A DNA stretch of 62,599 nt, counting the filler, from Catajapyx aquilonaris (lineage: Eukaryota), in the NCBI GenBank assembly GCA_000934665.2. It is 2 parts of 2 records of this genome, joined end to end, with 100 filler letters (N's around TTAATTAATTAA, not from the genome) between each part and the next. Parts side by side here need not be neighbours in the genome. Positions count along the whole stretch, not along the records: positions 1 to 31,270 come from KZ539169.1; 1 more part is not named here. The stretch is one strand, 5' to 3'. Of this stretch, positions 13,217 to 26,000 are shown in pieces (position 1 is the stretch's first letter; every line of letters begins with the position of its first letter). The position numbers and the translations under genes are program-made. The notes beneath the pieces were generated by a model that had not been told where the DNA came from, made no database searches, and worked only from the letters and a program-made list of their open reading frames with translations.

Positions 13217-16200
13217 GGTTTAGTGCTCCGACCAATGAGCAGCCTGCACAGTACCTTTATTTTGCTTAATAGTGCAGCTAGTACAGTTGGTCCTTTTGCC
13301 ATAACGCCTGGGTACCGCGAGCGATAGGGAAGGTGACAGGAGGGGATGTGCAAGGTGCAGTGCAGTACAGTCGCTAAAGGTCATTTTGTGAACTCCCCCG
13401 GGTGGTTTAGTCTATTGGATATACCACCCGAGACGAAGTCAGAGATGGCCTTAAACTCTGCACGAGATGAAGGGGGTGTGCCAGGGCGGGATTTGATCCT
13501 GGGACCCTAACATCCGTGGGCGCATACGTTATGGCAGCACCACACCCCCTCCCCTAAAATGGCCTGGCTAAATAAAAAACAATGTTTTTGTGAATTTAAA
13601 AGAATTAATAACAAAGGCACAGGCATAAAATTTTGCAATTTTAATATTTCAAAATTGTCAGAAATTCCGAAATTTTTGCGCGGGCTTGATCCAGCCCACG
13701 GGCCGTAGGTTTCCCACCCCTGCTCTAGGATTACCAAAGAACGGATTTCTAGGTTTTTACCTACTTTTTATTTTGTAGGCAGACACCGGAACCAAAATCC
13801 GTTTCATAACACAAGGACCTCAACAGTCGTAGTTTTATCAAACCTAAAATTGCTTATTTCGGATGTTGGGACCTAAATGGCCTATTAGCGCTTATTTTCA
13901 CCTATTTATGCCCTTTCGTAATTTTTTCGGCAGTTTTTAGGTGTTTTCCGTTCAAGCAATCCCTCCCGCTTCAACCTGTGAATAGCGAAGAAGCTGTAGC
14001 CTATAGACATGCTGGATGAACTGGCTGTACAAGACACTTAACTTTTCAAAAATGATCCAGTTGCTTTGTGTGACGTCAAAAGGTCATTTTCAGCGTATAA
14101 AATTGTACTGTCACACAGGCATCGCCGACAAATAATAATAATGAAAAAACTAAAATATGGAACAACTGCTAATTTGTTACTGTGTTACAAAACTACGGCA
14201 AAACTTCTATAAATCAAATCTCCATGGGACCAGGAAAAAACTTCGAGTTATAGAAGATTCGAGTTAGAGAAGTTTGGATTTTTTAAAGCACATAACTCTA
14301 TAAGGAAGCCTACCTTTATATCCAGCGACGAAAGGTGTTCAAAACTTTTAAATAACTCTCACTATCACACTTACAATGTTCCTTGTTGTTTTGTTGTGAA
14401 AAAAATCTCTGTTATGGACATTTGCCTACTCTTAGATTCAAGGATTCAATTGTCACAATCGAGTCAAACACTTCTTTCGGTACGTCTGGTAGATGGAGAT
14501 CTGGAAACTGAGCCTTTCTGTGCATGTGGCCTACTCTCGACCCTTAGGCTGGGGAATGAGAAAATTCTCCGTACTCGCCAACATGAACTTCAGCTTAGGG
14601 AGACTGAAAATGCATTGATATCCCATCGTAAGGCCCTGCCTGCACTTCTAGTTATGGAGAACTTCGAGTTATAGAAATTCGAGTTAGGGAAGTTTATTTC
14701 CTATTCTTTTACATTGTGACCAACCAAGCTCATCATTTTCTGCGACTTATAGAGAACTTCGACTTGGGAAGTTCGACTTATAGAAGTTTTACTGTACATG
14801 GCCAAGAGGTGGCTGTAATATATTGCATGGGACTGAAAATAGATATATTTATTTTTATTTTATTTTATTTTATTTAGTTTACCCCGAGATGACCCTTACC
14901 GGTGCTATAGGGGGGTGGCATACCACCATCAGTTTTCTGTATATATTTTCAGCTTCATTCTCCGGTGCAAGGAAACAGGGACATAAAGTACGTTTACATG
15001 GGACTAAAAATCGGCCTGACCCAGGCTTCCTAAGGAAGGCCATCGCCTTAGGTAGACCACCTGATCCAAAAGGCCTGGGCTGCGCCCGACAACGGATCAG
15101 ATAAGGCCTGTCTATCGTAGGCCCAGCGACTACATGGGAGTAAACCGGTTCGCCTAGCATAGGCTAGGCCGATTTTTAGTCCCATGTAAACGTACTCAAT
15201 GGGAAAGGATATGGATTTTTGGGGAGGGAACATGGGTGCAAGGTGCAATGTCGTAGCTATGGGTCATGTGCTGTTCCCCAGGAGGTTAGGTTGCCAGACA
15301 CCTCCAAGGTGCAGGTCAGAGACCCTCCTGACGCAGGTGAAAGGAAGTTCCCCAGGCGGGGATCGAACCTGGGGCCTTTCACTCAGCAAGCTGAGACGTT
15401 ACCATCTCGGCCATCTACACCTCCCCACTGAAAATAAATTAGGACCTGCTTGATTTTAATGCCTATTTAAGAGCCTATTTTAACTGTTTTCAGGACCTAA
15501 ATGCATACCTATTTGAGGGTTTTTAAGAACCTAGAAGTCCGTTATTTGATAATTACCATATTTTTTGTATTGTTATATTTTTAAATGTATTATTTTTATA
15601 GGGTTTAGTGCACCACCCATTATGGGCATCTGGCGCAGTACCTTTATTTGCTTTAGGAGTATAAGCTTTTATTGGTCCTTTTTCGTAACTCCCGGGTACC
15701 ACGAGCGAGGGAGGGGGTGGGTGGGAGGGGATGTGCAATGTGCAGTGCAGTACAGTTTCTGCACTGTCATTTTGTGAACTCCCCTGGATGGTTAGTCCAG
15801 CGGAAATCCCACCTGAGACGAAGCCAGAGATGACCCCAAACTCTGCATGAGATGAAGGGGGGAATGCCTGGGCTTGGTATCGAACCCGGGACCCTTACAT
15901 CCGTGGGTGCATACGTTACCGCAGTGCCACTCCGTCTCCCCTTATAATTACAGTATTTTATTCAAGGTATTTAAAGAGCGTCACAAGGTCCAGAACAATT
16001 CAGCCATAGCGCTCACTGCGCCGAAACAAATCGGCCAGCTGATGTGACCCCACTGTATTAGGGAAAATTGTAAGGCATCTGAAAGATTGGCATTGTCATC
16101 ATGTACCATATGGACATCTTGTCAGTTGCAAACATGGTACTTGGAAGATCACTTGGGAGTGAAATCTTGAAGGTTCGCTAAGATGACAAATCCACGCGCA

Positions 16201-19200
16201 CAATGGCAAGACAACTTTGGACCACTGTGACGGGCAAACGACAGTCTGTATCAATGTGTCGACAGTGGCTACTTATGCAGGGATCTGACTTCTATCAGGC
16301 AAATAAGGGTGGACATTTAAAAAAAAATCTGATGAAGTTACAGGTCCATATAACAATTGCACTGTTATTGCAGGGAAAGATCTGTATCTCACTTGGTGCG
16401 CCGAATCTGCCGCCGGTTGCCACCAGGGCTGACCTCGATCACGGACTCATGACTAAAAATGACTTTAGACCAGATTGCTTTCCTCCATTTCCTTCTCTCT
16501 TTTGCCTGTACTAGTTTTTTCTGTTTTGAACAGCCATCAAGAGAGGACGCATCTTTCCCTGCAATAACAGCACAATTGTTATATGGACCTGAAACTTTGT
16601 CCGGATTTTTTTTCAACGTCCACCCTTATTTGCCTGATAGAAGTCATCTCCCTGCATATGTAGCCACTTTCGACACATTGATACAGACTGTCGTTTGCCC
16701 ATCACAGTGGTCCAAAGTTGTCTTGCCATGGTGCGCTTGGATTTGTCATCTCAGCGAACCTTCAAGATTTCATCCCTAAGTGATCTTCCAAGTACCATGT
16801 TTGCGACTGACAAGATGTCCATATGGTACATGATGACAATGCCAATGGCAACCTTCCATATGCCTTACAATTTTCCCTACTACAGTGGGGTCACATCACC
16901 TGGCCGATTTATTTTGGCACAGCGAGAGCTATGGGTGAATTGTTCTGCACCTTGTGTCACACTTTAAATACCTTCTATTAAATACGGTAATTATCCTTGA
17001 GTTTCCATATTTAGTGTAATTGTGGGCCCCATTTCGGTGGGCACCTTTCCGGCACCCTGGATGTTGTTTTATGAGCATGTGATGCCTCTCCGCAAATTGA
17101 GCAGCCACGATTTCAAGGTGGCCGAATTATTCTGGTTTAAGGCAAGAAGGAATATGGGGAAAATGCTACTTTATTCCAAGTATTATTCAATTCCATACAT
17201 TGATAGAATTTTTTGTCCTGAAATATGCACAAAAATCTTGATGTCTGTGGAACGATGCATATCCAGAAAGTAAGTTCCATTTTTAAATTCGAAAAACTAC
17301 AAAGCACCCCCAGAATTAATATTATTCACATCTCAAAGGTTCAACTGTCTACTTTTTTACAACATTGTTTCCAGCCAAATCTAGGCATTTGTCATAGAGT
17401 TACCGATACAGAAGATTTTGTGTGCGTACGTCATAGGCGTTTGCCGCCAGCCATTTCCACGCTGGACTGCAAATCCTCTTCATCCTCAAACCTTTGCTTT
17501 GCATGCCATTTCTTCATGTCCATGGACACGTGGTAATCTCTAGGCTGTAAGTCTCGGTTCTAAGGAGGGTGATCGAACAATTCTCACTTGAATTGTTGTG
17601 ACAGGGTTCCAGCACCAGGAAATTAATTTTAGCTGCAAGCGAGGGACTAGGCCATCATAAATATTGGGTGAGATTAGGATAGTGAAGCATCACTGTGCTG
17701 ACACAAGATTATATTTTCAATCTTAATCAGTTTACATAGGTAAAAACATGGATTGCATCAAGTTTTCATCTAGTTTTGAATTCTAGAAACTTGCTGTTAT
17801 TCCAAACTAGACGCAAACCTTAACCATGAAAAGAAAAAATTAAAGTGAAGATAGCCATTATTATACTGTAGGAGTGTAGGTAGTGTAGTGAAGAAAGCTC
17901 TATTTTCAGGATGGTAGATATGTCAATACTGTAGGTATATTTTTCAGTACTTGGTTAATGTATGACTGGCTTTCAATGTTTGTAACAATTAACTGAAATT
18001 AATATTCAGTTGTAATGCTTTTTGATATGTGGTCCTTGGTATGTGCCCTAATGTTGTGATTTAAAAAATATATATATATATATATATTGCAGAGGTACGT
18101 GATGCAGCTACTGAAATGTCAGTCAACCACCTTGAATCAGAGACGGAAGAGAATTCTGAAGTTCTATCCACGAGCTTGCAAGATTCAAGTAGTCATTCTC
18201 AACTGTGTGAGAGGTTCATGATTACAAAAGTAGAACCAGCTGATGATTTGGATATTGAGGTATATATAACCTTCTGAGACTGCCGAGCTGATATATCGGC
18301 TCATGGTATATGTGTGATAAAGCCGGCAAGCCTATACATAGGCCTGGTGACTGTTCTATTTTTAGACCCATGGCACATGCTCCTGGGGGAAGTGTTAGGC
18401 ATGGTTATTTCTTGTAACAACAGAGGGCAGCATGTCTCAGGCTTTGGCTTGCAAGATTTATATTCTTGATTGCAGGGCGATTCCAGGACAGTTCATGCAA
18501 AATAAAATTGAAAGTTCACCCTCTATTTTTTAATGTTAATGAAATTTGGTACGATAATTCTCCAACAGGAATAGAGCACATATCAATTTTTTTTACATAA
18601 ATACGTTCATTAGGTTACACGTAATTAAATGGGCAAAAAACCCGTAAAAGTTGCAAACACGTCGACAAATGACCCTATATCTCGTTAACTGCGTAGCCCA
18701 CCGTTACATGTGATGTATGTACGTGTTGGGCAAGATGAAAGGATTTCGATCATTGAATTTTCAAATTTTTTGAATCGAAATGACGGCATGTTATGTAGAG
18801 TTCAAAGTTTAAAAACGAAATATTCGCTATCGCGACGCCTCCTTCGGCTTTTAAAAAATATGTCCCATAATACGTACTGGATTCTTCATTTTTCGCCGAT
18901 TTTTCCGGAGTGGGCCCTCCATTAGTTCCGGCGTAATAAATAAAACAGATCGGTCATCGGCATGAGTGACGTCACGCCTGGGTTGGCTGGATGCAGGGGT
19001 GGGATTACGGTGCTCTGTGGACGGAGGCTGCCTGCCACCATGCCGCCTAGCGCGTGACATTATTTTCCAGGGCAATAACAGGTGCCTTTTTAAGGGTTTG
19101 AAGAGTATTAGAAGTTCATAATGCGTACTCTTCAAGGTCAACCTGCAACCAAAGAGCACCGTAATCCCACCCCTGCATCCAGCCAACCCAGGCGTGACGT

Positions 19201-22200
19201 CACTCATGCCGATGACCGATCTGTTTTATTTTATTACGCCGGAACTAATGGAGGGCCCACTCCGGAAAAATCGGCGAAAAATGAAGAATCCAGTACGTAT
19301 TACGGGACATATTTTTTAAAAGCCGAAGGAGGCGTCGCGATAGCGAATATTTCGTTTTTAAACTTTGAACTCTACATAACATGCCGTCATTTCGATTCAA
19401 AAAATTTGAAAATTCAATGATCGAAATCCTTTCATCTTGCCCAACACGTACATACATCACATGTAACGGTGGGCTACGCAGTTAACGAGATATAGGGTCA
19501 TTTGTCGACGTGTTTGCAACTTTTACGGGTTTTTGCCCATTTAATTACGTGTAACCTAATGAACGTATTTATGTAAAAAAAATTGATATGTGCTCTATTC
19601 CTGTTGGAGAATTATCGTACCAAATTTCATTAACATTAAAAAATAGAGGGTGAAGTCCTTTGCATGATCTCTCATGGAATTGCCCTGCATTTGTAAATTA
19701 TGGCTGTAGACTATCACTCACTGTCAGAGAAATTTGGGTGAGTTTTGATGATTTTTGACATGAGAAATATGAATTAATATTACTTTCCTTCATCCATGCA
19801 TGACACAAAATTGAAGGGGTCCGACAAAGAATGTTGTAACTAGCAGAATTGACAAACGGAGAAAAGTGGGAAAAACTGTTGCGCGTTCCCATAAACACCT
19901 ATGACACAGGTCCCCCAAAGAGCTTAATAAAGAGCTTATAAGTATTAAGCTCTTTGAGGTCCCCCTTCCAAGGCGTGGCCCCTCATGATGGTGCATGATT
20001 TCAGCAATTAAAGGGGAACACCTACTGACACTATCATGACTGTAAGAGTCATGTAGTGAGCTTGGATTGAATTTTATGGAAAAGTTAGTTACAACTTACA
20101 ACGTTCTTTGTCGGACCCCTTCAATTATATATTCAAAATGACCACCATGGTCACATGGTCACCAAATTTGGGTGTGTGTGTGTGTGTGTTTTTTTTAAAA
20201 AAATCCCCAAGTCTAAGCCAAACATTGATGTATAACTTTCCTGTATGTTGTTAATCTGACAAAAGGACGAATTCAACATTTTTGCTAAAATCGGATTATG
20301 GTCTTTGCCAGCACCATCAAGTGTTGGGTCACATTCTGACAAAACGAGAAACACGTGGGACAAGTGGCGTCAGAGTCATAACGGAAAATAAAACTGCCAT
20401 CCTATGTATTTGCATAGCGGTTTGCAGGTTTCTTTTGGCTCTCCTGTAAAATTCGGAAAATGATGAATTCATCCCTTTGTCAGATTAACGACGATATAAT
20501 ATTTTATTTATTGTATTTATTTATTTTATTTTACCTACCCCATTGGAGGGCAGTGCCCTTTTATGGGGACACAACACTAAAGCATAAACAAGAAGAGAGT
20601 AAACAAGTGGACAGTTTTACACGAGAAAAAAAAGGACAATATACGAACGGGATACCGGACTAATACAGTGCCGGTTGTTGATCACATTTCCTAGTCACAC
20701 ATTGCAATCCTTTTTATGACACACTCCAAAAAATAATTGAGATTATAAGCCGACTCCTTAGTTGAGCCTGAAGTAAATGAAAACGGTCGGGAGGGAAGGA
20801 TGGCAGGTTATACAGGAACGAATATCTAGATAATATTTTATTATAATATTGTTTTTTTGGATCATACATAATTTACTAAGAAGCTTTACAAAACTCACTA
20901 AATGGCTTTTATGCTTTCTAGGTAGTACCTGCCATTTACTTGCAGGCTTCTGAGAGTTAATGACTGCACCTGAAAAAGCACTACAATGTGGCTGTTTTTT
21001 AAAGGTTAGAAAGATCTGAGTAATTCAGGATTATATACTTTCATACAAAAGCAAACTGGCAGGGCCACCCAAGCAACTTTGAACAGATTGTGTCCAAAAG
21101 TTTCTTGTGTATTAGTGCTGCTTCAGTCATATCATAATCATGCATTATAGAACAGACAATTAATTTTGTGGGAAATCAAAAGGTCACTTTACAGTACACT
21201 ACTACTTGAAAAACACAGGAAAACATTAACTTGGTCATGGATGTTATGTTTTGTGTCTCTGTTATAAGTGATACTGATGTATAACCTTACAGGCCAGCCA
21301 CAGGTGGAGACTTGGAAGTGATTCTTATCTCCTTACCCATTCATAACAACATTCAGCAGATAATTTCGGTGACCATTCCCACAAGGAACAAACTCAGTCC
21401 AGCCTGAAAGCATTTAATCTTTCAGAAAATTCTCAGTTATTAGTGTTTACTTACATTGCATCTCCCTCCTTTCATGTAGGAAGACTGGAAGCAACAGATG
21501 GTAGAACCAAGTGAAGACATTGGTGCTGACCATTTAGGTCACGTTCAGGATGAACTGAATGATTCCTATGATGATAACTCAACAGAGCAACCAGAACCAG
21601 ACCTAACTGAAGGGATGCAGGTAACCACTTATTAAGAACTTTTCTCTATCCAGGTGGGGTAGTTTTGGGATTAGGGCAAATAGACTGGTTTATTATTGCA
21701 AACATTCTTGACAGGTCTGCTATTAGGGAATTGTAGAATGCTCTGAGCAGGTTTTAGATGAGGAAAATTTGGCTCTTAATTCTGATTTTTGCGTTATTTG
21801 TGGGAATTCTGGGTTTAGCGTTTGGCTATTAAGGGGGCCGGATACCAAAGTCTCCCGCCAGTTTTCAGCCCACTTCGAGCCAAAATTCGGCGTGCCGACT
21901 TGTCTTTAACCTGCCCGTGCGGGCGCTCTGCCGTAGATACGGACATGCGGTCTTTTGCGCTGCACGGCGGATAAGCCAGAGCTGCTTCCGGTCTTGGAAC
22001 GGTTCGAATTGAACAATAATTGATCGATCGGCAACAGGATTTTGATTGAGAATGTACGTCGCAGCAGCTCGGCCATGGAACCGAATATTTAAATTCGGAA
22101 GGCCCGGTGAAGTAGCCCCGTTGATAATCTCTTTGCCGACGCATTTCCGAGCCACTAGGACGGTTTGTGTGGCTGTCATTTTGGAAACACTAAGACGTGT

Positions 22201-23018
22201 TAGCCTTCTAAAAAGGCAAAATAATGAAAATTTTCACGAGGCCATGCAAGGCAACGCCGTACTAACCCTCCCCCACCACCCAACCCAACCCCCTCGCTCC
22301 TTGCCTTTTCCTTGACCAGCTCATGTTACATTACCAGCACGGGGACATTTGGGGGTCCAAGCAGGAGTGGGGGAGGAAGAGGATGGCCAAAGAAAGGTTA
22401 GGTTGCTTTCGGTTAAACAGCGGCGCACTTTGGGCCTGATAAGTTAGGCCAGACCTTTTACTACCGGTATTTCAAAGTGTGAGCCAGGAATTACCTACAA
22501 TATGCCTCCTCACCTTGGGGTTTGACCACGGTCACCAATAAAAACTGGGTTCCGTCACAGTTCGCCCGATGCAAATTGGACAACTTGATATTTCGGGTTA
22601 GGACTTCGATGTGTACTGTAGAGATATATAATTTTTTTCAGCAAAATCCTACCATCCACACTTGAGTTGGAATGACCCAATTTCAAAATTTTGGGGATGG
22701 CCGGGAGGGGGGTGTTGTAAATGCAAGGAAGTTGAGGGGTCCCAAAAGCGAGCCCCCCTCCCCCTTACCGCACCTTGCCCTCTCTGACCCCATCCACTCC
22801 ACCCTCCCCGCAACCAGGCCTTTTGGGCTCTGAATGGAAATATAGTTACACTGTCTGGCTTATCAGAAAACAGTTCAGTTTTCATATCCGCATTGGGCGA
22901 GTTGGTACGATACCGTGCTATAAACTGAGTGAGTATAGGTAATGAACTATGAATGCGCATATTTTGTTGCAACTGCAGAGGTAGCCTACAGATTATTAGT
23001 ATTATTATTATTATTATT

Positions 23019-23070
<52 letters not shown>

Positions 23071-26000
23071 TAACTTTTGTTTCCTACTAGAATATAAACA
23101 AGTGAAGGGCTAGTGTACTCTGAATTTTCGAATAAACACTTGGGAGGAGGTTGCATTACGAGCGGCCTTTTCTGCCATAAATATTCAGGCTCAATCGCGA
23201 ATAAGCGACAAGTGGATTCTTCTGGGGGCACTCTTGTCCTGCTTCTTCCTCCCCCACTCCTGCTTGGACCCCCAAATGTCCCCGTGCTGGTAATGTAACA
23301 CGAGCTGGTCAAGGAAAAGGCAAGGAGCGAGGGGGTTGGGTTGGGTGGGGGGGGGAGGGTTAGTACGGCGTTGCCTTGCATGGCCTCGTGAAAATTTTCA
23401 TTATTTTGCCTTTTTAGAAGGCTAACACGTCTTAGTGTTTCCAAAATGACAGCCACACAAACCGTCCTAGTGGCTCGGAAATGCATCGGCAAAGAGATTA
23501 TCAACGGGGCTACTTCACCGGGCCTTCCGAATTTAAATATTCGGTTCCATGGCCGAGCTGCTGTGACGTACATTCTCAATCAAAATCCTGTTGCCGATCG
23601 ATCAATTATTGTTCAATTCGAACCGTTCCAAGACCGGAAGCAGCTGTGGCTTATCCGCCGTGCAACGCAAAAGACCGCATGTCCGTATCTACGGTAGAGC
23701 TCCCGCACGGGCAGGTTGAAGACAAGTCGGCACGCCGAATTTTGGCTCGAAGTGGGCTGAAAACTGGCGGGAGACTTTGGTATCCGGCCCCCTTAAGGTG
23801 GCGCAGTAACAAAAATACGGTAACAATGCGGAGCCCTTGGCGACGACCCAAACAAACTCGCTTATGCATGGGCATCATATGGGGATTTGACATGTCTACG
23901 CTTCTGTGGCTTCTGTGGCTGTAAAAATGGTGCAATCGACACAAAAGTTGCACCAAAAAATAGTAGATGATCTGGCGCAGGGCACCTTATTCATCTTTTT
24001 TCCATTTTCGGCCTAGAAATGACCTTTTCATCGAGTTGAATTGAGAGGAAAATGGCGTGCCCGTAAAGTCAATTTGAGTAACAGGCTGCAGGAATCGCTA
24101 CAAAATTGGACACATATCTGCGGCCATATGTCCACAATTTTAATGCAATCATGTCGAGTATGGTATTATTGTGAAGGTCAAACCTTTGCATAGGGCACCT
24201 AGTTCTTGTTTTCCCAGATTAACGATGAGTTTTGCGACCAAAAAAAAAAGTTCCCTACGAAATGCGCCTACCATATTGCGCCGCCTGAACCTGTTGGCAG
24301 GGATGTGATCCGATATTATATGATCAGTTTAGTTTCGTACCGGCACGAAACCAAAAGTAGACCCGAGTTTAGTGTTGTGGAGCCGTCACTTTATCAATCT
24401 AGCCCATATGATTCCATTTCGTGATCCGAAACTAAAAGGATGTGATCCGATACGCAATTGTATGTTTTGGTACGAAACTATGGCTGAACCAAAAAGGTAC
24501 GAAATTAAATGGATCGCGGCACAAAAAGGCACTTAATGGCACGAAACTGAATTGGCGGCGGCACAGAAATGTACTGTATTGAAAGGTACCAAGGTCCAGG
24601 GACGAAATATGAAATTGAGTTCCATACCGGCACGTAAGAAAATGTCAGCCCGAGTTTCATTACGTGTCATGCTGGCAGTCGGGCTCTCCGCTCATCCGCT
24701 GTGCCTTGCAGTTTTCGTTAAATGTGGCTCATGCATTTATCATCTGTACAATGAGGCCGATCATTTGCGCATAAAGCATGTCAGAGCTGAAATTACAATT
24801 ACCTTACGATATGGCGTATTATTCGCTAATTGTGGGGCGCCTCTAATTTATTCCTTTACCAAGTCAAATCAAAATGACCCTGTGACCCATATTGGAGGGA
24901 GGCAGAGGGCAAGTCATAAAATTCCGACCTCACCGATTTTATTGAAATTCAGTGCATTGGTAGCCCACCCCAAGGGATGAAAAACGCACCTACAGTCACC
25001 TGATCAAAATGACCCTGTGACCCATTTTTGAGGGGGCAGAGGTCAAATTCCGGCCTCACCTATTTCTTGAAATTCGGTACATTGACATACGTCCCCCTCT
25101 AATATGGGTCACGGTCATTTTGAGCAGGTAACTGTACGTTTTTCATCCCTTGGGGTGGGCTACTAATGCACCGAATTTCAAGAAAATCGGTGAGGTTGGA
25201 ATTTCATGATTTGACCTCTGTCCCCCTCAAAAATGGGTCACAGGGTCATTTTGATCAGGTCACTATAGGTGCGTTTTTCATCTTTTGGGGTGGGCTACCA
25301 TCGCACCAAATTCCAAGAGAATCGGGGAGGTCATAAAATTTCCAGAAAAGGGGAAAAAGAACTCAGGCCCTGGGGTAATGCAATCGCTCAAAAACTCTGT
25401 CATCAAAAGGTTAAAAGGACAGCCGAACTAATACTCTAACAGTAGCAGTCATATTTACTGTAGGGGCGCAAACTCTACCTATAGCAAAAAGGTGCGGGAC
25501 AGGGGCGATGGAGGCGATGCGAGGGTATGATACAGGCATACAGCATAATACGCTATACGCACAGCACTGCTCTGTGCTGCTCTCCAGTCACCTCAGTCCC
25601 CCTTGGCTTAATAGATCCGTGGCGTCATTATGAGCAGCGGTAACACTGTGCAGTATAGGTTTTAGTAGTGGCCGGAGTGTCTTGCTTGCGATTGCACGTG
25701 GTGAAGTAACTTACCATCGGAATGTCCACTTTTGCTACAACGTCGAATATATGCCAGTAAATTATTACTTTCGGATCATGAAAGGGAATAATAAGAAAGT
25801 GCCAGATAGCCTAGTGTCGTCCTGGTATGAAAATGAAACTCAGGATTACATTTCATTGCGTGTCGGTACGGAACTAAACCTAATATTTCATGTCTGTGAA
25901 TTGGTGCCTTTAAGGACCTTTCTGTTCCGCGATCCTTTTAGTTTCGTGCCTTAAAGTACCGCGATCCATTTAATTTCGTACCTTTTCGGTTCAGCCATAC

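Larger units (their letters stand above)
13730..15553 (+). mobile_element. Degenerate hAT-related transposon relic hosting a pogo element, a SINE and a MITE
   Basis: TIRs ATTACCAAAGAACGGATTTCTAGG / CCTAGAAGTCCGTTATTTGATAAT. 14006-14125 translates DMLDELAVQDT*LFKNDPVALCDVKRSFSAYKIVLSHRHR, resembling the hAT C-terminal P..S..VERSFS motif. Confidence 0.65.
18270..20956. mobile_element. Possible old piggyBac-like element enclosing younger MITEs
   Basis: ATAA|CCTTCTGAGACTGC ... GCAGGCTTCTGAGAG|TTAA; the TIR match is imperfect. Confidence 0.4.

Noticed and set aside
12984..13353. Poly-Leu/poly-Ile ORFs (also 22986-23579 and 38654-39082)
   Set aside because: Translations of (AAT)n microsatellites.
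18710..19460. Identical-looking ORF pairs on opposite strands (also 10323/10408, 21815-23924, 39645/40486)
   Set aside because: By-products of inverted-repeat arms; no protein motifs.
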